DNA of 64,000 nt from Raillietiella orientalis (taxonomy: Eukaryota), in assembly GCA_036172245.1 (NCBI GenBank), contig JAYWIR010000050.1, positions 558,001 through 622,000 on the forward strand, in the 5' to 3' direction. The notes beneath the pieces were generated by a model. The model saw nothing but the letters and a program-made list of their open reading frames with translations. It was not told where the DNA came from and searched no databases. Both the position numbers and the translations under genes were made by a program. Below are positions 60,601 through 64,000 of the stretch, piece after piece (positions within the stretch are counted from its first letter, which is position 1; the number at the start of each line of letters is the position of its first letter).

Positions 60601-62071
60601 GCGTTCTGTCGTTCCTCTCTGCTGCTACGCTGTCGCGGGAGCGCCGACGAAGAAGCGATTGCTGCGGTCGTTTCCGTCGCTCAAAGGACGCACCAACGTG
60701 CGCAAGCGCCACGCTAAAAGGAAAGTCAAATGGTGGAACTCTTGTCGGCACCGGTTTTGCAGGCGCCGCGCGGAAGCGCACCAACTGCGCTTCCTTGGCG
60801 GATTCTTCGAGGAGCGATGGCACCTTTTCTACCGAAACTTGCCGTTTCCTGCGAGTGTGGACGTTGTGAGTGGTTGGTCGGCGGTTGACCTTTGAATCCA
60901 AGATGAGGAGGACAAGTCCCAAAGGTCCTTCCGTGACGTGTCTTCCCGATGCGTTTCGACTTTGCCCGCTGCTCTGCGACCGGAGGCAGGCGGTGGCTCA
61001 CGGAAAGTCGCGCCTCCGCGAAACACTGCGAATTTTCCGAGTGTCCACTCGCCTGGAGGAGACGTGGATGGCAGCTGCGATGGGAACTTTTGCGAATGCG
61101 TGAGTGGTCATCCTGTTTGTCATCCACTGGGGATGCGTTCTGACCGCCGAACGCCATCAAAGTCCTGCGTTCCTTGGAAGGTGTTTTTTTTCGCGCATCG
61201 CTGAGTCTCCTGGAAGGCAGCATGGGAAGCAGCGATGGAGGATGGATGGATCGCGACCACGTTTCGTGCGGCTTGGCTTCCATGATTCGGGGATGCAAAG
61301 GAGGGAACGGATTTCAAGTGGCGCGCTAAACGCGGGGTTTGTTCGCAACGGATCGTGCGCCATGGACGATGACGTCATCGTTGGTTGCGCACGGGCGGAG
61401 TTGTCGCGCGGCGCCTGCAGCGACCCGTCGCAGGAAGGAGTCGCCGTCAAAGTCGAGACGGAATGGCAAAGAAGGGGCGCGGAACGTTCCTTAGCCGCCT
61501 GCGAGCATCGAAAGCCATCCGCAGTTTTCGTCTTTGCTTCCGCTCTTTCTTTCTTTTCTCCCATCTCATCTCACCATTGGTTGTGGTGACCGGGCGAAAC
61601 GGTTCGCGTTGCCGTCGTGTTCGGATCCGTACACGCGCACGTCGATCGAATGCAAAAGCGTACCAACGTGCAAGGAGCCGCCTTTCGAATGGCGAACGAA
61701 TTCGTACGGAAGCAACGCACGTACGACTGCAGCCGTGCACTTCTGCAATTGCGAAGGACACGCGAATTCGTGTGAAAAGAGATTCGTAACGCTTGCAGCT
61801 CCGAAGTGATGCAATGGTGTGCTCTTCCCCCTTTTTTTTTGCTTTCTAGATGGAAAAGTTTCGCGGCTTGGTGACCAGCGCAAGGACACCAATCTCCGGC
61901 AACATCCGAAGCCTGCAGCCTCTTTCCGGAAGAACGGTCATGACCCACGTTCCCGCTACTTTCAGTGCAGCAACGAGCGAAGGTCACGGTGTTCACAAAG
62001 CAACATACGTCTTCGACCATTTCTTGCAGCTGTATGCGGTGAAGGCTCTTCTCGAGAGACTGCATCACTGA
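51640..62071 (+). CDS. Alpha-carbonic anhydrase, secreted/extracellular type; join(51640..51697,51812..51862,54193..54357,55890..56031,57426..57528,60199..60444,61850..62071), 328 aa
   Basis: Signal peptide MAPLQLYLWGAALALLSWQGPQAFA, HRWSYDG, CGGKSQSPVNI, NNGHT, HFHWG...GSEH, EVHLVH, DGIAVLG, YNGSLTTPECQEVVTW, NIRSLQPLSGR. All introns are GT-AG and phase-consistent (987 nt). Confidence 0.95.
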
Positions 62072-63443
62072 GAAGTGGTGAATCTGAAAGCTCAGATGTT
62101 TGAGAAAAGAGCATTTCCTGTCGTTAAGTAATTTTTGCACGTGCAGCGTGTGCAGTTGTAATTACTCGTGAGTGAAATCCTGAAAAAAGGCAACCGCTGT
62201 TTCATAACGGAGCACTTGGAAGCGTCAGCAGCTTCCCTGCTTGCGGGCAATGCCACATTTCGATGTTCCTCAACTCTTGCAAAGTTCCACTGGAGATGGA
62301 AGAGGCGGAGGCGGAGTAGAGCAGTTTTAGAGGTTGCTCTGCTTCTCTATGATTTGCCGATGGCATGTTCCGTGTACAGATGGAATTGGCACGAAAGAAG
62401 CGGAAAATAAAGATGAACATGAAAAATCGAGACGAATTTTATGATTTCACAGATTTCTGCGTAGGCCGAGTGACCTCCAATTCCCACGGACCTCGCACTT
62501 TTCTGCCGAGAAATTTTGCGGATAGCGTATAATTAGTCTCACGCTTTGTGCATACAGAAGGATGGCTGCTGCCTTCCCCTTCTCCCCTTCTGGAGTCGCG
62601 AAAATTAATAGATTGAAAAATGTGGATTTTTTCCCGAGTCCGTGGTCCGTCGCGCTTTCCGTTGATGGGATAGGTCTATAGGTTGATGGGATGTCGCGGA
62701 AGAGATAGGGAATGATCGCGTTACTCGACTGGAAGCGCATTTGTCGCCTGACGTTGGCTAGCTGCAAGAGATTCGAGATGAGATGAGAAACAAGATGGAT
62801 GCTGCCGTTGGGTACCCGCGTGAAGCGTCTCGCAATGCTCGAAATGCGAATCCTACGAGAAAATCTCGAAAAGCGTCGCACTGTGGATGAGTTTTCGAAT
62901 TTCTTGGCCATTAATGGACTCGCAGAGCTGCAGCACGTTAATCCTCACGGCCGTCGCGTGTCTTCTGAGACTGTCGACTGGCGTCCGTCCCAGGTTCGTT
63001 TTCAAGGCAGGAAACCCGTCGCGAGTCCGCGAGCCGGGTCATTTGAAGTTCCGGAAAGCAAGGTCGGGTCGTGCTCATAGATCGCAAGAATTTCCAAACG
63101 AAAGTTTCCCCATCGCGTTTCAGGTCAACATCCAGAAAGACGACCGGCTTTGGTCAAGGCGTTCAACGGAACCCCTTGGACAAATGAATTGCGATTTCAC
63201 GAGATGCCCCCCGGTCAACCGCTGGCACAGCGTGTGCCGATGGCGGTGGCGATGCATGAGGCACCTGAATTCTAGAAGCAGCTCTCCTTTATGGCCACCA
63301 CAAGGTCACCGTCGTCGAACCACTTTTTCGTCTTTGCAAACCCAGCACCTGGATTTGGAAGCAGCTCTCTCGGAGAACAGGCCTGTCTGCACATGAAGCT
63401 GTCCTAAGGATGAGCCACATACACATCGTCTGTACAGTCGATT
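59338..63443 (+). repeat. Inverted segmental duplication (right/source copy, contains CA exons 6-7 and 3' flank)
   Basis: Reverse complement of 23974-28104. Confidence 0.98.
62406..62411 (+). terminator. Candidate polyadenylation signal of the CA gene
   Basis: AATAAA about 335 nt after the stop codon. Confidence 0.3.
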
Positions 63444-64000
63444 GTACGAACGCCGTTGCTGCTCGTAAGATGTGTCCGCCTACTGAGGTTTTCGCTTTTG
63501 CTTATGGACGCACCGCCGGTCAGGTGGGACACGGTTCCATCGGATGCCAATTGTGTGCCAAGAGTCGCGTTGCTGATTCCATCCTCAATCGGCAATGCCA
63601 TCGGCATGGGAATCGAATTTGTGAAAAGCTATCATCTCTTTATGGAATTCTTAAAGCTCTTTTAAATGATTCACAGAATCAACATGAAGGATAATCGTTT
63701 CAATTTGTCCGAATGTCCCATTTCCGCGTTACCTTGGAAGTCCTTGCTAACATCGTTTCCTCCGGGAGTCAGGATTCCTTCTGATAATGGATCTGCATTG
63801 TGTTGAATTTATGGACAAACTTATGCACTGCTAATGACGAAATTTAAGGCCGTCATGAACTATGTATGTGTACCTATATATGAGCGAGTCCAATTATTTA
63901 TGAGTTCGCTGGTTGCGTGAACCGTTCTCGGTCCCCACACTTCTCAGACTCGCTGGCATAAATTAATTGCCGCGTTCAGTGAAAGTTCGTTCATGACGAC

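Noticed and set aside
63404..63800. Possible exons of a convergent minus-strand gene at the window end
   Set aside because: Candidate splice sites did not join into a consistent frame, and there is no recognisable product.

Overview
Eukaryotic (probably invertebrate animal) genomic DNA with spliced genes; I see no prokaryotic-type features. The left half (~1-31.9 kb) is dense with decayed non-LTR retrotransposon fragments on both strands, mostly one L1/Tx1-like family (APE start, QGDSLSPLLF / YADDLLLLLP RT motifs, CCHC finger, T-rich 3' UTR with a recurrent hairpin). It also holds two apparent host genes: a divergent barrier-to-autointegration factor (BAF)-like gene with a long basic N-terminal extension (~1.5-2.7 kb) and an orphan signal-anchored protein with a 10-aa acidic repeat (~17.9-19.6 kb). 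The right half carries an S1-family serine protease gene (34972-48395; up to 8 exons, one GC-AG intron, probable C-terminal TM segment) and a 7-exon secreted-type alpha-carbonic anhydrase (51640-62071). A near-identical 4.1-kb inverted copy of the CA 3' end (59338-63443) sits at 23974-28104, between the endonuclease start and the RT catalytic motif of a same-strand LINE. All gene models and alignments were built by eye from splice signals, reading-frame phase and remembered motifs; no database searches were run.
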